This document shows, piece by piece, positions 1 to 10,861 of a DNA stretch of 64,000 nucleotides. Position 1 is the stretch's first letter, and each line of letters starts with the position of its first letter. The translations under genes were made by a program, and so were the position numbers. Below the pieces are notes generated by a model. It saw only the letters and a list, made by a program, of their open reading frames with translations, was not told the origin of the DNA and made no database searches. This DNA is from Minisyncoccia bacterium (lineage in GTDB: Bacteria > Patescibacteriota > Minisyncoccia > Moranbacterales > GCA-2747515), in assembly GCA_041738235.1 (NCBI GenBank), contig JBGSQF010000013.1, positions 63,345-127,344 of the forward strand. Direction: 5' to 3'.

Positions 1-753
1 GGTATCGAGACATTGGGAGGAGTAGCAACGCCGCTCATCGACAAGAACACCACGATCCCCGCAACGAAATCACAGGTATTTTCTACTGCCGCGGACAATC
101 AGCCGAGCGTTGAGATCCATGTGGTGCAGGGAGAACGTGCGCAAGCATCGGACAACAAGTCTCTCGGACGATTCATTCTTGATGGTATTCCCCCTTCACC
201 AAGAGGTATTCCTCAGATCGAAGTGTCGTTCGATATCGATGCGAACGGGATTCTGAGCGTGAAGGCGCAGGACAAGGCGACGGGAAAAACCCAGTCGATC
301 CGTATCGAAGCATCCAGCGGTCTTTCCAAGGATGAGATCGAGCGAATGAAAAAGGATGCTGAAGCACACGCCGAAGAGGACAAGAAAAAGAAGGAGATGA
401 TCGAGGTGAAGAATATGGCAGACACACTCGCTTATACGACCGAAAAAGCGCTCAAAGATGCCGGAGACAAGATCACTGACGATGAGCGAAAGCCGGTCTT
501 GGAGAAACTTGAGGCGTTAAAACAGGTGAAAGATGGGAGTGACCCTGAAGCGATCAAGAAGGCAACGGAGGAACTCTCTACCGAAGCGCAGAAGATCGGA
601 GAGAAGCTCTATAAGGCGTCTCAGCCGGAGCAGGGTGCCCCACAGGGTCAAGCGACAGGGGACCCTTCGACAAGCTCAGGGCAGGCGACAAATGACCAAC
701 AGCAAACGACCGACGACAAGGGTCCGAAGGACGCAGAGACAGAGAAGAAGTAA
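1..753 (+). CDS. dnaK: Molecular chaperone DnaK, C-terminal fragment (5' end lies outside the window)
   Basis: The reading frame is open from base 1 ([20 protein letters not shown]...). It shows the conserved DnaK substrate-binding and lid regions, with a charged tail ending KDAETEKK. Confidence 0.9.
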   Translation, partial: GIETLGGVATPLIDKNTTIPATKSQVFSTAADNQPSVEIHVVQGERAQASDNKSLGRFILDGIPPSPRGIPQIEVSFDIDANGILSVKAQDKATGKTQSIRIEASSGLSKDEIERMKKDAEAHAEEDKKKKEMIEVKNMADTLAYTTEKALKDAGDKITDDERKPVLEKLEALKQVKDGSDPEAIKKATEELSTEAQKIGEKLYKASQPEQGAPQGQATGDPSTSSGQATNDQQQTTDDKGPKDAETEKK

Positions 754-763
754 GACGATCGAA

Positions 764-790
764 AGGGCGGGGGCAACCCCGCCTTTTGTG
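764..790 (+). terminator. Rho-independent terminator after dnaK
   Basis: GC stem GGCGGGG / CCCCGCC with a GCAA loop, followed by TTTT; a TATAAT hexamer sits at 792-797. Confidence 0.6.
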
Positions 791-960
791 TTATAATAGG
801 TCTGCCTAAAGGACCATACATATTGTAATATTTGATATGCAAACTGTTGAGAATTATATGCGGGGGGAATGTAAGATGGAGTGTTTGGGTTGTATGAATA
901 CTGAAAAAAACGAGGAACGTTTGGAATATATAGAGACGCTAGTTCGGTTGCGAAAGGGGT

Positions 961-1194
961 ATGCGTGAAGCATTAGGTATTGAAACGGTTTACTTCTTTC
1001 AGAATGAAGATACCGACCACCATTTCCATCAATGGATGTTTCCACGATATGATTGGATGCTTTCGAAATTTGGGAAAAAGGTCGAGTCCGTACGTCCAAT
1101 TATGCGGTATACACAAGAACAAATGAAGACGCCGGAGAATATCTTGGTGGTAGAGAGCGCAGTAGAAAATATGCGGGGGTGGATGAGTAAGTAA
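961..1194 (+). CDS. Small hypothetical protein with a His-rich HIT-like C-terminal motif; possibly the 3' part of a frameshifted gene
   Basis: DHHFHQWMFPRY resembles the C-terminal region of HIT-family proteins. A 30-aa ORF in another frame (876-968, MECLGCMNTEK..., with CxxC) ends exactly where this ORF starts. Confidence 0.3.
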   Translation: MREALGIETVYFFQNEDTDHHFHQWMFPRYDWMLSKFGKKVESVRPIMRYTQEQMKTPENILVVESAVENMRGWMSK

Positions 1195-1203
1195 AATATT
1201 ATT

Positions 1204-1770
1204 GTGCAGATGAACCGTATGTCCCAACAACAAGAAGAATTCCTGGATGTCGTTGATAAAAACAATAACCCTACCGGAGAAGTGGTTTCAAGAAAGAGGG
1301 TGCATAGCGAGGGGCTTTGGCATCGGGTGGTGCATATGTATGTTTTTCGGAGAAGTAAGGACAGGGATGGTATTGAATTTTTAGTGCACCTCCGGTCACC
1401 ACATAAAGACCACAGTCCGAATAAGTGGGATACGCGCTTTGGAGGACACGTTCAGTCTGGAAAGACGCTTCACGAAAGCGTTGAGACTGAGCTCATGGAG
1501 GAGATAGGAGTGGACGCAAGGATATATGATCTTATTGAGGGAGACTGGATGAGTTGGGATGATTTCCCTAACCGAGAATTTCAGAAAGTATATTATCTTG
1601 AAGTGCAAGAAGAGGTATCAAATATGGTTTTTAACGATGGAGAGGTGCAGGAGGTAAGGTGGATGAGTACCGAGGAAATTCGCAGATCTATAAAGGTCGA
1701 TACTACAAAATGGACAACGAGTCTTGAATGGTTCGTTATAGTTTCGGAATATCTGCATTCAAAAATATAA
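1204..1770 (+). CDS. Nudix hydrolase (IDI-like subfamily)
   Basis: Nudix box variant GGHVQSGKTLHESVETELMEEIGV, plus a GLWHRVVH motif as in the isopentenyl-diphosphate isomerase-like Nudix clade. Confidence 0.75.
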   Translation: MQMNRMSQQQEEFLDVVDKNNNPTGEVVSRKRVHSEGLWHRVVHMYVFRRSKDRDGIEFLVHLRSPHKDHSPNKWDTRFGGHVQSGKTLHESVETELMEEIGVDARIYDLIEGDWMSWDDFPNREFQKVYYLEVQEEVSNMVFNDGEVQEVRWMSTEEIRRSIKVDTTKWTTSLEWFVIVSEYLHSKI

Positions 1771-1776
1771 ATAGTT

Positions 1777-2298
1777 ATGATTACACCTGACCAAAAAAAA
1801 TGGATCGATCATCTTTCGGATATTGATACGATTTGTGTTGTTCCGTATGATAAGGAGGTGGAAAGAATATTTGAAGATGTTCGGATAAAAATAGAGAAAT
1901 TGATCGGTAGCGAGTATTCTATTGAGCATCATGGGGCATCAAGCCTGGGTATTTCTGGGCAAGACGAGATTGATGTGTACGTTCCTGTCGCATCAAGATA
2001 CTTTGATGAGTTAGTATTGAAATTAACGAATTTTCTAGGGGAGCCCAAAAGTCACTATTCTTACAAAAGGGCGCGATTTTCTTTTGTGGAAAATGGGAAG
2101 CGAATCGATATTTTTCCTATAAATCAAGAGAGTGATGACTGGAAGAGAATGCTGACGTTTGAAAACTTTTTAAGAGAGAACACTGATGTGCTTGAGCAGT
2201 ATCGAATACTGAAAGAATCTGGGAATGGGTTGAGTATTCGAGAGTATTATCGACGGAAGATCGAATTTATCAATGATGTTTTGGAAGGTGATAAATAA
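1777..2298 (+). CDS. GrpB-family (UPF0157) nucleotidyltransferase-fold protein
   Basis: HHGASSLGISGQDEIDV matches the GrpB signature (H-[IV]-GST-[AS]-V-P-G...IDI). Confidence 0.55.
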   Translation: MITPDQKKWIDHLSDIDTICVVPYDKEVERIFEDVRIKIEKLIGSEYSIEHHGASSLGISGQDEIDVYVPVASRYFDELVLKLTNFLGEPKSHYSYKRARFSFVENGKRIDIFPINQESDDWKRMLTFENFLRENTDVLEQYRILKESGNGLSIREYYRRKIEFINDVLEGDK

Positions 2299-2317
2299 AT
2301 AATCTATAAATAAAAGT

Positions 2318-2629
2318 ATGAACAACGAAAAACAGAACGCTGGTGGGCAGATGCAGATCAAAGCATCCGACGAAGCGCTTAAAGGGGAGTATTCTAATGT
2401 GGCAAATATTCAACACACAAAGGAAGAGTTCGTACTCGATTTTCTGAATGTGTTTCCACCGACGGGGATACTCAGTAGTCGGGTGATCGTGTCTCCGGGA
2501 CACTTCAAGCGCATGGTTGGGGCGATGGCGGAGAATCTCAAGAAGTACGAAGAGAAGTTTGGTGTTCTTTCCATTTCTCAGTCACCTACTGAGTCAGAAA
2601 GGACGATAGGTTTTCACACCGGTGATTAA
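2318..2629 (+). CDS. DUF3467-family small protein
   Basis: About 100 aa, with the YSNVANIQHTKEEFVLDF motif typical of DUF3467. Confidence 0.5.
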   Translation: MNNEKQNAGGQMQIKASDEALKGEYSNVANIQHTKEEFVLDFLNVFPPTGILSSRVIVSPGHFKRMVGAMAENLKKYEEKFGVLSISQSPTESERTIGFHTGD

Positions 2630-2647
2630 AAAACTTTTCTGAAAAAG

Positions 2648-2947
2648 CTAACTCGACGTCTGGTATGGGCGTCGAGTGGGGGCGGAACATTCTCGAAGGG
2701 CATATTCAAATAAGTCTTCGAAATTCTCCGCGAAAGCCACAATATTCTTCGCGAAATTCTTTCTCATCCACCATGAGGAGCGTGTTTCCGATCGCTGTGG
2801 CCAAATCGGTGTTATAGGGTACGATGTAGTACCAGGATCGGTCGGAACGCCTGCGACTAATGAATCGCCAGCGAAGTACGCTATTTTCGCTACAGGGGAG
2901 GTTAAAAGCTCGATCACTTTTCTTTTTCCCTGGAACAAAAGTGACAT
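2648..2947 (-). pseudogene. Possible N-terminal remnant of an SGNH/GDSL hydrolase
   Basis: KIAYFAGDSLVAG fits the GDSxxxG block I near the N-terminus. The ORF stops after 99 aa with no room for blocks III/V. Several overlapping ORFs in 2650-3216 look like decayed coding sequence. Confidence 0.25.
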
Positions 2948-3334
2948 CCGCCGTGCCCTCGACGAGAATGCTTGGAAGACAAAACTTTACCAGAAAGGAT
3001 CCGTCCTGTTTGAAGCATTCCGCAGGAGTTTCTTTGTCTGATGCTCTTAAGAGGAGACATGCTTGTCTTTTGTGACACGGATCTGGTGAGACAAAGTAAC
3101 AATAGAACGTTGGCAACGTGTGCATAGGGATTTCTCCTCGTTAGGTGGTGCAGGGCGGGATTCGCGTTTTTTGTTAAGGATCTGGCAAGGGGTGGTACGG
3201 TGTATCTAAACATCATTAGAAGAGAGAAGCAGTAATACTGATACTTGTCTGGTTAAGGCAATATTTCATAATCATTGATTTTTTGTTTTAAAAGAGGTAT
3301 TTTAAAGGGGAGGTAATTTTTAAAAGAAAAGTTT

Positions 3335-4318
3335 ATGTTATTTTGGCAATCACTCAAAAGGAGCGTGCATGATCCTGAGTTTTATCGGGAAGTTTCAAAA
3401 CAGTCATTTTCTCAAGGATTTTCGTTCTTTATAAGATATATTCTGTTGCTTTCGGCAATGGTCTCATTGGTCATATTGACGTATTTAGGGATATTCCTTT
3501 TTGGTGGAAAGTTTGATGAAATGATGCGTGATGCTAAGTCATTTTACCCGGACGATCTAGTTGTAACGATCGTGAATGGAAAGATCTCGATCAACCAGGA
3601 GCAACCGTATGCTATTCCTTTGCCAGTGAGCGGAAATATAAAGGACAAAGAGGGTGATTTGAATTACCTAGCAGTTATCGATACGGAGTACCCGATCACG
3701 TTGGAGGCGCTTAAGGAGTACAAGACGGTAACGTTAGTAGGCGAGAGTAGTATCGGATTTCGAGATGACTCCGGAACGCTGAAGATCTATGAAATTCCGA
3801 AAGAAGTGAATATGGTGATCGATCGTTCTTGGGTTGACGGAACTGTTGATAAGGGTATAGGAGCTATTAAGAAAGTGGGTTTTGGAGTTGCTTTTGTAGG
3901 TGTTCCTCTCGCGATCTTTATAGGATTTACTATCGGGGTGATGATGTACCTGATATTTGCCGCACTTATCGTGTGGATTATCGCGCGGGTCAACAATCTT
4001 TCGTATAGTTACAAACAGTCCTATGTCGCGAGTATGTATCTTATTACGGTGCCACAGGCTCTCTCCGTCGTTTTCTTTTGGTTGGCGATAATCATTCCTT
4101 ATTTCCGAACGATCATTTTTATTGTATTGGCGATCCTGAATCTTAAAAAGGATGATCATCAATCAGCGGTAATGGGTCAGCAGCAGGATGGAACACAAAA
4201 CGTGGTAAGTAATACATCCCCGTTTTCTGAAGTTAGGACGGACCTTCCGAATACTCTACCGGAAAAGAACACTGATCGACCAGATGGATCTAAAGAACTT
4301 GAAAAGGAGAAGGAATAA
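3335..4318 (+). CDS. Integral membrane protein, hypothetical
   Basis: Multiple hydrophobic helices and a polar low-complexity C-terminal tail; a GGGGAGG RBS-like element lies upstream. Confidence 0.55.
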   Translation: MLFWQSLKRSVHDPEFYREVSKQSFSQGFSFFIRYILLLSAMVSLVILTYLGIFLFGGKFDEMMRDAKSFYPDDLVVTIVNGKISINQEQPYAIPLPVSGNIKDKEGDLNYLAVIDTEYPITLEALKEYKTVTLVGESSIGFRDDSGTLKIYEIPKEVNMVIDRSWVDGTVDKGIGAIKKVGFGVAFVGVPLAIFIGFTIGVMMYLIFAALIVWIIARVNNLSYSYKQSYVASMYLITVPQALSVVFFWLAIIIPYFRTIIFIVLAILNLKKDDHQSAVMGQQQDGTQNVVSNTSPFSEVRTDLPNTLPEKNTDRPDGSKELEKEKE

Positions 4319-4322
4319 CGCT

Positions 4323-5510
4323 ATGCATGAAAGTATCTCGGCGACAAAGCCAAGAAGAAAAACTCGTGTAGTGATGGTGGGTGATGTTGGCATTGGCGGA
4401 GATGAACCGATCCGAGTGCAGACCATGACCAACACCGATACGCTTGATATTGAGGCAACCGTAGAGCAGATCAAACGGTGCGTGGATGCCGGTTCAGAGT
4501 TGATCCGTTTGACCACTCAGTCGCCAAAACATGCTCGGGCACTTGAGGACATTCGTCAGCAACTCAAGAAGAAATATGCTGTCTCTATTCCTCTTATTGC
4601 TGATGTGCATTTTTCGCCCCCAGCTGCTTTTGAGGCGCTCAAGTGGGCGGATAAGGTGCGCCTTAATCCCGGGAATCTTCTTGATACAAAACTTTTCAAA
4701 AAATTAGAATACGAAACAGGATCGTATGAAAGAGAGCTTGCTCGGATCGAGGAACAGCTTCTGCCATTTATTCAAGCGGCAAAGGATTCTGGTAAATCGA
4801 TCCGTATAGGCGCTAATCACGGATCTCTTTCGGATCGAATATTAAGTCGTTATGGTGATACTCCGGAAGGGATGGTGGAAAGTGCGATGGAATATCTGCG
4901 CATCTTTCATAAAAATCATTACGACGAGATCGTGGTGGCAATGAAGGCGTCGGATCCGCTTATTATGATCGAGGCAAACCGACTCTTGGTGCAAAAGCTG
5001 GATGATGAAGGGATGGACTATCCAATACATTTGGGAGTAACGGAAGCGGGTAATGCAGAGGATGGACGTGCCAAGTCGACGATCGGTATTGGAACGTTGT
5101 TATTGGAAGGGGTGGGGGATACATTACGCGTATCGTTGACCGAGGATCCAGAAAGAGAGATATCGGTATGTTATAGTATCTTGCAGGCAACACGCAGGCG
5201 GATCACCAAAACGGAATTTATCTCATGTCCGTCGTGTGGGCGAACGCTGTACAACATTGAGGAGGTGACAAATAAGATCAAAGAACGAATGGGACATCTT
5301 AAAGGGGTGCGCATCGCAATTATGGGATGTATTGTCAATGGTCTGGGAGAGATGGCGGATGCTGACTTTGGGTATGTGGGAGGTGCACCGGGACAGGTGA
5401 GCTTATACTTCAAAAAAGAACTTGTCCGACGTGGCGTTCCTGAAGCGGAAGCTATTGATGCTTTGGAGGATCTGATCAAGGAGAAGGGATTGTGGGTGGA
5501 TAAAGGGTAA
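4323..5510 (+). CDS. ispG: 4-hydroxy-3-methylbut-2-enyl diphosphate synthase IspG/GcpE (MEP pathway)
   Basis: RKTRVVMVGDVGIGGDEPIRVQTMTNTDT and the C-terminal Fe-S ligands SCPSCGRT...GCIVNG. RBS AAGGAGAAGG precedes the ATG at 4323; the upstream in-frame ATG at 4284 overlaps the previous gene. Confidence 0.9.
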   Translation: MHESISATKPRRKTRVVMVGDVGIGGDEPIRVQTMTNTDTLDIEATVEQIKRCVDAGSELIRLTTQSPKHARALEDIRQQLKKKYAVSIPLIADVHFSPPAAFEALKWADKVRLNPGNLLDTKLFKKLEYETGSYERELARIEEQLLPFIQAAKDSGKSIRIGANHGSLSDRILSRYGDTPEGMVESAMEYLRIFHKNHYDEIVVAMKASDPLIMIEANRLLVQKLDDEGMDYPIHLGVTEAGNAEDGRAKSTIGIGTLLLEGVGDTLRVSLTEDPEREISVCYSILQATRRRITKTEFISCPSCGRTLYNIEEVTNKIKERMGHLKGVRIAIMGCIVNGLGEMADADFGYVGGAPGQVSLYFKKELVRRGVPEAEAIDALEDLIKEKGLWVDKG

Positions 5511-5877
5511 TGGACAAGTAATGGGAGATGGTTGGTGAGAGCGGGAGTGGGGATGAAGACTTGCCAAAAGGCGAGTTTTTTTGTATGAATAGTATACCCA
5601 AAACGAGTGGAGTATAGCCATGTACGATCCGAGTGACCCGAGTAACTTCCCTGTGGAGATCTCTGATCCCAGGATAGACGTTCGGTTGGTGATCAAGCCC
5701 TGTTGTCGGGGGGCTCAAGGACCCTTCATCCCGGGGGGTGACGATGGAACGCCGGACCATGAAGAGCTTATTGGTGCGGATGTGGGTGACGATTAGGATG
5801 TCGTCACGAGTTGGGGGAGAGGGGGTTGGTAGTATCCAGCCCCCTTGAAAGTTTTTGCCTTAAGGAGAGTTGTCAAC

Positions 5878-5906
5878 TTGCTTGCTTTTCCTGGTTTTGG
5901 TATAAT
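5878..5906 (+). promoter_or_regulatory. Sigma70-like promoter for murB (TTGCTT-17 nt-TATAAT)
   Basis: -35 TTGCTT at 5878-5883, a 17-nt spacer, -10 TATAAT at 5901-5906, only 6 nt before the murB ATG at 5913, so a leaderless or near-leaderless mRNA is likely. Confidence 0.45.
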
Positions 5907-5912
5907 TTTACT

Positions 5913-6842
5913 ATGATCACTATACAAGAAAACATACCTTTAGCGCCGTACACCACTTTTAAGATCGGTGGACCAGCGCGGTATTATTTTGAGGCCTCGG
6001 ATACTGAAGAGCTTAAGGAGGCTTTGCATTGGGCGCGAGAACAGAAACAGGAGGTATATATTCTTGGTGGAGGAAGCAATGTTCTTATTTCTGATTCAGG
6101 TTATCCTGGGCTGGTCATTCGACTTGTTGAAACGACGCCGATCGTGGTTGGAAATATGATAACAGCGTTTGCGGGGTGTCCGCTTATGATGGTGGTACAA
6201 ACAGCTCAAAAAAATGCGCTTGCTGGAATGGAACGTATGGCTGGGATTCCCGGGACCATTGGAGGAGCAGCTTATGGAAACGCTGGTGCCTTTGGAACGG
6301 AAATGAAAAATGTTGTGGCAAGTGTCACAGCTGTTCACCTTGAAACAGTGGAAGAAAGAAGGTTTCTTCATGGACAGTGTGAGTTTGGATATCGGAAAAG
6401 TTATTTTAAGACGAATCCGGAGTGGGTCATTGCTCAGGTGGAAGTTTCTTTGGAAGAGGGGAAGGATACAGAATTGTTGGCGATCATGGGGGATACGATC
6501 GCACAACGCAATGCTAAGCAAACCCAGGATGTCAAGAGTGCGGGATCCTATTTTGTAAATCCCGTGATCGAAGATGATATGCTGCGAAAGGAATTTGAGA
6601 AAGAGTCAGGAACAGCATCGAGAGAGAACAAGGTGCCAGCTGGGTGGATCATTGATAAAGCTGGACTTCGAGGGAAAAAGATCGGAGGAGCAATGGTGAG
6701 TCGTGAGCATCCAAACTATATTCTCAATGTTGAAAACGCCACAGCAGAAGACGTGGTGACATTGGAAAGCTTTATAAAACAACAAGTTCGCGACAAATAT
6801 AATGTAGAACTTGAACGAGAGGTTCGGTGTGTTGGATTTTGA
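5913..6842 (+). CDS. murB: UDP-N-acetylenolpyruvoylglucosamine reductase MurB
   Basis: FAD-binding N-terminus PLAPYTTFKIGGPARYYFEA...ILGGGSNVL, and a C-terminal MurB domain with GGAMVS..H. Confidence 0.85.
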   Translation: MITIQENIPLAPYTTFKIGGPARYYFEASDTEELKEALHWAREQKQEVYILGGGSNVLISDSGYPGLVIRLVETTPIVVGNMITAFAGCPLMMVVQTAQKNALAGMERMAGIPGTIGGAAYGNAGAFGTEMKNVVASVTAVHLETVEERRFLHGQCEFGYRKSYFKTNPEWVIAQVEVSLEEGKDTELLAIMGDTIAQRNAKQTQDVKSAGSYFVNPVIEDDMLRKEFEKESGTASRENKVPAGWIIDKAGLRGKKIGGAMVSREHPNYILNVENATAEDVVTLESFIKQQVRDKYNVELEREVRCVGF

Positions 6843-6960
6843 CGGTGGAGTTGTTGATTGCGCTTAAAAAAAGACCGCAGTGGCTGTTGTATTGAAAGAA
6901 ATATTTTATCTCGGATGTGCGTATTAACAGCAGGTAGGAATAATTTCTAGTAAAACACAT

Positions 6961-7320
6961 ATGATGGTACATTTTACATTTTTACGAGGAGTGGAGGTGG
7001 ATGCGGAGACTCGTGGGTACGTTGAAAAAAAGGTTCAGGCGGCAGGAAAGGCTTTGACGGAGGGTCTCGTGGAGGCAAACGTGGAGATCGGTCAGGATAA
7101 AAGAGAGCGATTTTCTGTGGAAGTAATGATTCGATCGGGAAAAGATGTTTTTCGCGCAAAAGAAGATAGAGCTGAAAGCACTGAAGAGGCAATTGATAAG
7201 GTTGAGGAGAAATTGCAAGTGCAGATACGGGAGAATCGTAAGAGAGTGGCGGATCTGGAGGAGCGGGGAGGTCGATCGGTTAAAAAAAGGTTAACGGTTG
7301 ATGAGGGAGCGAGGTTTTAG
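6961..7320 (+). CDS. hpf: Ribosome hibernation promoting factor / ribosomal subunit interface protein (HPF/RaiA)
   Basis: YfiA/HPF fold pattern: VEVDAETRGYVEKKV...ALTEGLVEANVEI......VEV...G. Confidence 0.8.
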   Translation: MMVHFTFLRGVEVDAETRGYVEKKVQAAGKALTEGLVEANVEIGQDKRERFSVEVMIRSGKDVFRAKEDRAESTEEAIDKVEEKLQVQIRENRKRVADLEERGGRSVKKRLTVDEGARF

Positions 7321-7365
7321 CGGATGTTTTGGAGGTCGTTGCGGGTGAGATGTATCAAAGTCTTT

Positions 7366-7393
7366 AAAAGGTGCCTTCTAAGGCACCTTTTTG
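7366..7393. terminator. Bidirectional rho-independent terminator between hpf (+) and the membrane protein gene (-)
   Basis: AAAGGTGCCTT...AAGGCACCTTTTT perfect hairpin flanked by A-runs and T-runs. Confidence 0.6.
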
Positions 7394-7477
7394 AGAAAAT
7401 AAAAAATCGCTTTGTGAGCGAAATATTTGGTTTGGGCGCGGGGGCGACGGATCGTTGATCCATCGCACCCCGCGGGG

Positions 7478-7930
7478 TTATGCGAGTAAGGCTCTGACGG
7501 GGACGGCCCAGAGGAGGGCAGAGCCTGCAAAGAACGCGATCGTGGAAAGCTCCTGCATCCACCGCCACTCCTTCTGAGCGCTTCCGACGGAAACGGGGAG
7601 GCCCATAAAGAACGTGATCACGGTGGCAGTGATCATGTTGACCGTGGTTCCCATCACCTCCCCGTTGTGGGTGAAGTGGAGTAGTAGGAGCCATGGGACC
7701 AAAAATCCGAAGAGAAATCTTGGAAGGGACCCCATGAATATTCCCGTGATCTCACCCCTGGTATCTTTGAGGGTAAGCCCCTTTTTTCCCGCAGTCTGGC
7801 TGTAAATCCAGGTGAGGATCCCTAGGCTTGCAGCTAGGGCCACGAATTGTAGAGCGTAGTTAAAGGTGACGATCAAAACAGCAATCGCCATCTCTTGGAA
7901 CAGTCCGAGGAGTTGGGACAGGATGTCCAT
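7478..7930 (-). CDS. Hypothetical membrane protein (4 predicted TM helices)
   Basis: Hydrophobic segments throughout; it converges on the hpf terminator. Confidence 0.5.
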   Translation of the reverse strand: MDILSQLLGLFQEMAIAVLIVTFNYALQFVALAASLGILTWIYSQTAGKKGLTLKDTRGEITGIFMGSLPRFLFGFLVPWLLLLHFTHNGEVMGTTVNMITATVITFFMGLPVSVGSAQKEWRWMQELSTIAFFAGSALLWAVPVRALLA

Positions 7931-8193
7931 TTTGAGATCCTTTATTTGGGTTTAACTGAGCCTCGGTCTAATGTCGAGGCACCGGTTCTTGTTAAAGAAC
8001 AGAATACTGTGGCATATATCCATAATCTTGTCAATAGTAGAGGCTTGTTGAAGGTTTACTTTAGGGGGAATGGTTGGTATTATGGTGATGGCTCACTCTA
8101 TCAAGAGTATGGGGAATCGTTTATGAAACCGTATTTTTCTAGTATGGGCAATGTTTGTTTTTTAAACAGGGTCATTAAATTATTTGGATCGCT

Positions 8194-10860
8194 ATGTTGA
8201 AATTTTTTACAAAAGTATTTGGTTCCAACGATCGTGAAGTGAACAAAATTCGTCCGATCGTTGAAAGGGTGAATGCTCTTGAGGAGGAAACAAAAAAACT
8301 CACTGATGAACAGCTTCAGGGTAAGACACAGGAGTTTCGAGATCGTATCAAAAAGGGTGAGACTTTGGATGACATTTTGCCGGAGGCGTTTGCGGTGGTC
8401 CGTGAAGGGGCACAGCGCGTGATCGGGCAACGACACTTCGATGTACAAATATTGGGAGGGATCGTACTTCATCGGGGGGCGATCGCTGAGATGAAGACGG
8501 GGGAAGGAAAGACGCTTACCTCAACGCTTGCGGTCTACTTGAATGCATTGACCGGGAAGGGTGTGCACGTAGTGACAGTGAACGATTATTTGGCTAAGCG
8601 TGACTGCAATTGGATGGGTTCGGTGTATCATTTTCTAGGACTCTCTACAGGGTGCATTTTACACGATGGAGGTTTTATCTATGAACCAAAGGTGATCGAT
8701 AAGAACGAGGTGAGCGTGGAACAGGAAAATCTGCGCACAGTAAGTCGTCGAGACGCATACGGCGCTGACGTTACCTACGGAACGAACAATGAATTTGGTT
8801 TTGACTATCTTCGTGACAATATGGTGAGCCGTGCTGAAGAGCGTGTGCAACGACCATTTTCTTTTGCTATCGTGGATGAGGTGGACTCGATATTGATCGA
8901 TGAGGCGCGTACCCCACTGATCATCAGTGCACCGGACAGTGAGTCAACGGATCTCTATAAGAAATTTTCTACGGCGGTACGACATTTGAAGGTTGATGCT
9001 GATTATACCGTTGATGAAAAAATGAAGGCGGTAGCACTGACCGATGAAGGGATTTCGCATGCCGAGAAAGTGTTGGGCATAGCGGATATGTACAGTCCGG
9101 GAAATATTCGTTATGTACATCACTTGGAACAGGCGCTTAAAGCAGAGGTGATCTTTCAGCGCGATCGGGATTATGTGGTAAAGGATGGACAGATCATAAT
9201 TGTGGATGACTTTACGGGAAGGCTCATGCCCGGACGTCGATATAGCGAAGGACTACATCAAGCATTGGAGGCAAAGGAAGGGGTGCAAGTGCAGAAAGAA
9301 TCAAAGACATTGGCTACGATCACATTCCAAAACTTCTTTCGTATGTACGAGAAGCTGTCTGGTATGACAGGGACGGCTCTCACAAGCGCTGAGGAATTTG
9401 CAAAGGTGTATAAATTGGATGTAGTAGAGATCCCAACTAATCAGCCGGCCATACGCAAAGATCTTCCGGATATTATTTACAAGACAGAAGAGGGAAAGTT
9501 CAAGGCGATCGCTGAGCGGATCAAAGAACTGAAAGAAAAGGGTCAGCCAGTGCTGGTGGGAACGATCGCCATCGAAAAGTCCGAATATCTTAGCGCACTT
9601 CTTATGCGTGAGGGAGTAAGTCATGAGGTTCTGAATGCCAAGAATCACGAACGTGAAGCGCAGATCATTTCTGATGCAGGACAAAAAGGATCGGTGACGA
9701 TCGCTACGAACATGGCAGGACGCGGAACCGATATCAAGCTTGGTGAAGGTGTTCGTGAGACCGGAGGGCTGTTTATTTTGGGAACAGAACGACATGAGGC
9801 ACGGCGCATCGATAATCAGTTACGAGGACGAGCCGGACGACAGGGGGACCCGGGTGTGTCGCAATTCTATATTTCTTTGGAAGATGAGCTTGTGCGACGA
9901 TTCGGTGGGGACAAGCTCAAAAATATGATGGACACATTGGGACTGCCTGACGATCAGCCGATCCAGAATGGGATCATCTCTAAGAGCATCGAAAGTGCGC
10001 AAACACGTATCGAGGGATTCAACTTTGACATCAGAAAACACGTCTTGGAATACGATGATGTCATGAACAAGCAGCGTGAAGTGGTATATAAGAAACGTTT
10101 GGAATTCGTTGAGAAATCGAACGTAAAACCGATCGTGTTGGATATGATGTCAGAGGAGGTGGAAACGATCGTGTCCGCGCGTTGTGTGGGAGAACCATAT
10201 GAGTGGGATATTGACGCACTGGTAGAAGACATGAATTTTGCGGGATTTTCCGAGAAAGAGAAAGAAGAGATCAATCGAATGCGGGAAGATACACATATGG
10301 ACGACGCGCACAAAAGGACGAAGGTTCATGAATATATTTTTGACCGCGTCAAGGCCGTATACAACAAGAAGGAAGAAAGTATCGGAGTTGAATCGGTGCG
10401 TCAAATGGAAAAGTATGTAGGTCTTCGAACGATCGATGAGATGTGGATGAATCATCTTGATGAAATGGACTATATGCGTCAAGGTATTGGACTTCGTGGG
10501 TATGCTCAACGCGATCCTCTCGTGGAGTATAAAAAAGAGGCCTTTGGGATGTTTGCGGGACTCATGGACACAGTGCGCAGAAATATCGTTTCGATCTTGA
10601 TGCGTATGGAGAAACAGGTTCAGGCACCTGTGCAACAGTTAGCTGTACAGCCGGCGCAGTTAGTGTATAGCGGTCCTGAAGGGCAACCAGCACAGTTCGG
10701 TGCGCTTGATCAGGGGTCTGGTCAGGTTGCTCAGGGGTCTGGAGAGAGTGCGAAGAAAGAGCAACCAAAACAAAAGCCGATCCATGCGGAACATATCGGT
10801 CGAAATGACCCTTGTCCATGCGGGTCAGGGAAGAAGTATAAGAAATGCCATGGGAAATAA
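8194..10860 (+). CDS. secA: Preprotein translocase ATPase SecA
   Basis: DEAD-like motor motifs ([25 protein letters not shown]) and the C-terminal zinc-binding tail [15 protein letters not shown]. Confidence 0.95.
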   Translation: MLKFFTKVFGSNDREVNKIRPIVERVNALEEETKKLTDEQLQGKTQEFRDRIKKGETLDDILPEAFAVVREGAQRVIGQRHFDVQILGGIVLHRGAIAEMKTGEGKTLTSTLAVYLNALTGKGVHVVTVNDYLAKRDCNWMGSVYHFLGLSTGCILHDGGFIYEPKVIDKNEVSVEQENLRTVSRRDAYGADVTYGTNNEFGFDYLRDNMVSRAEERVQRPFSFAIVDEVDSILIDEARTPLIISAPDSESTDLYKKFSTAVRHLKVDADYTVDEKMKAVALTDEGISHAEKVLGIADMYSPGNIRYVHHLEQALKAEVIFQRDRDYVVKDGQIIIVDDFTGRLMPGRRYSEGLHQALEAKEGVQVQKESKTLATITFQNFFRMYEKLSGMTGTALTSAEEFAKVYKLDVVEIPTNQPAIRKDLPDIIYKTEEGKFKAIAERIKELKEKGQPVLVGTIAIEKSEYLSALLMREGVSHEVLNAKNHEREAQIISDAGQKGSVTIATNMAGRGTDIKLGEGVRETGGLFILGTERHEARRIDNQLRGRAGRQGDPGVSQFYISLEDELVRRFGGDKLKNMMDTLGLPDDQPIQNGIISKSIESAQTRIEGFNFDIRKHVLEYDDVMNKQREVVYKKRLEFVEKSNVKPIVLDMMSEEVETIVSARCVGEPYEWDIDALVEDMNFAGFSEKEKEEINRMREDTHMDDAHKRTKVHEYIFDRVKAVYNKKEESIGVESVRQMEKYVGLRTIDEMWMNHLDEMDYMRQGIGLRGYAQRDPLVEYKKEAFGMFAGLMDTVRRNIVSILMRMEKQVQAPVQQLAVQPAQLVYSGPEGQPAQFGALDQGSGQVAQGSGESAKKEQPKQKPIHAEHIGRNDPCPCGSGKKYKKCHGK

Positions 10861-10861
10861 G

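Noticed and set aside
2676-3125. ORFs 2676-3041 (+) and 2706-3125 (-) as genes
   Set aside because: Mutually overlapping, no motifs, no RBS. The region is treated as decayed or noncoding.
7317-7694. 125-aa minus-strand ORF
   Set aside because: It runs through the hpf terminator hairpin and overlaps the better-supported membrane-protein ORF 7478-7930.
8101-8472. 123-aa minus-strand ORF (and the 101-aa + ORF at 7895-8200)
   Set aside because: Both overlap the secA start or promoter region, and neither has an RBS or a motif. secA is unambiguous.
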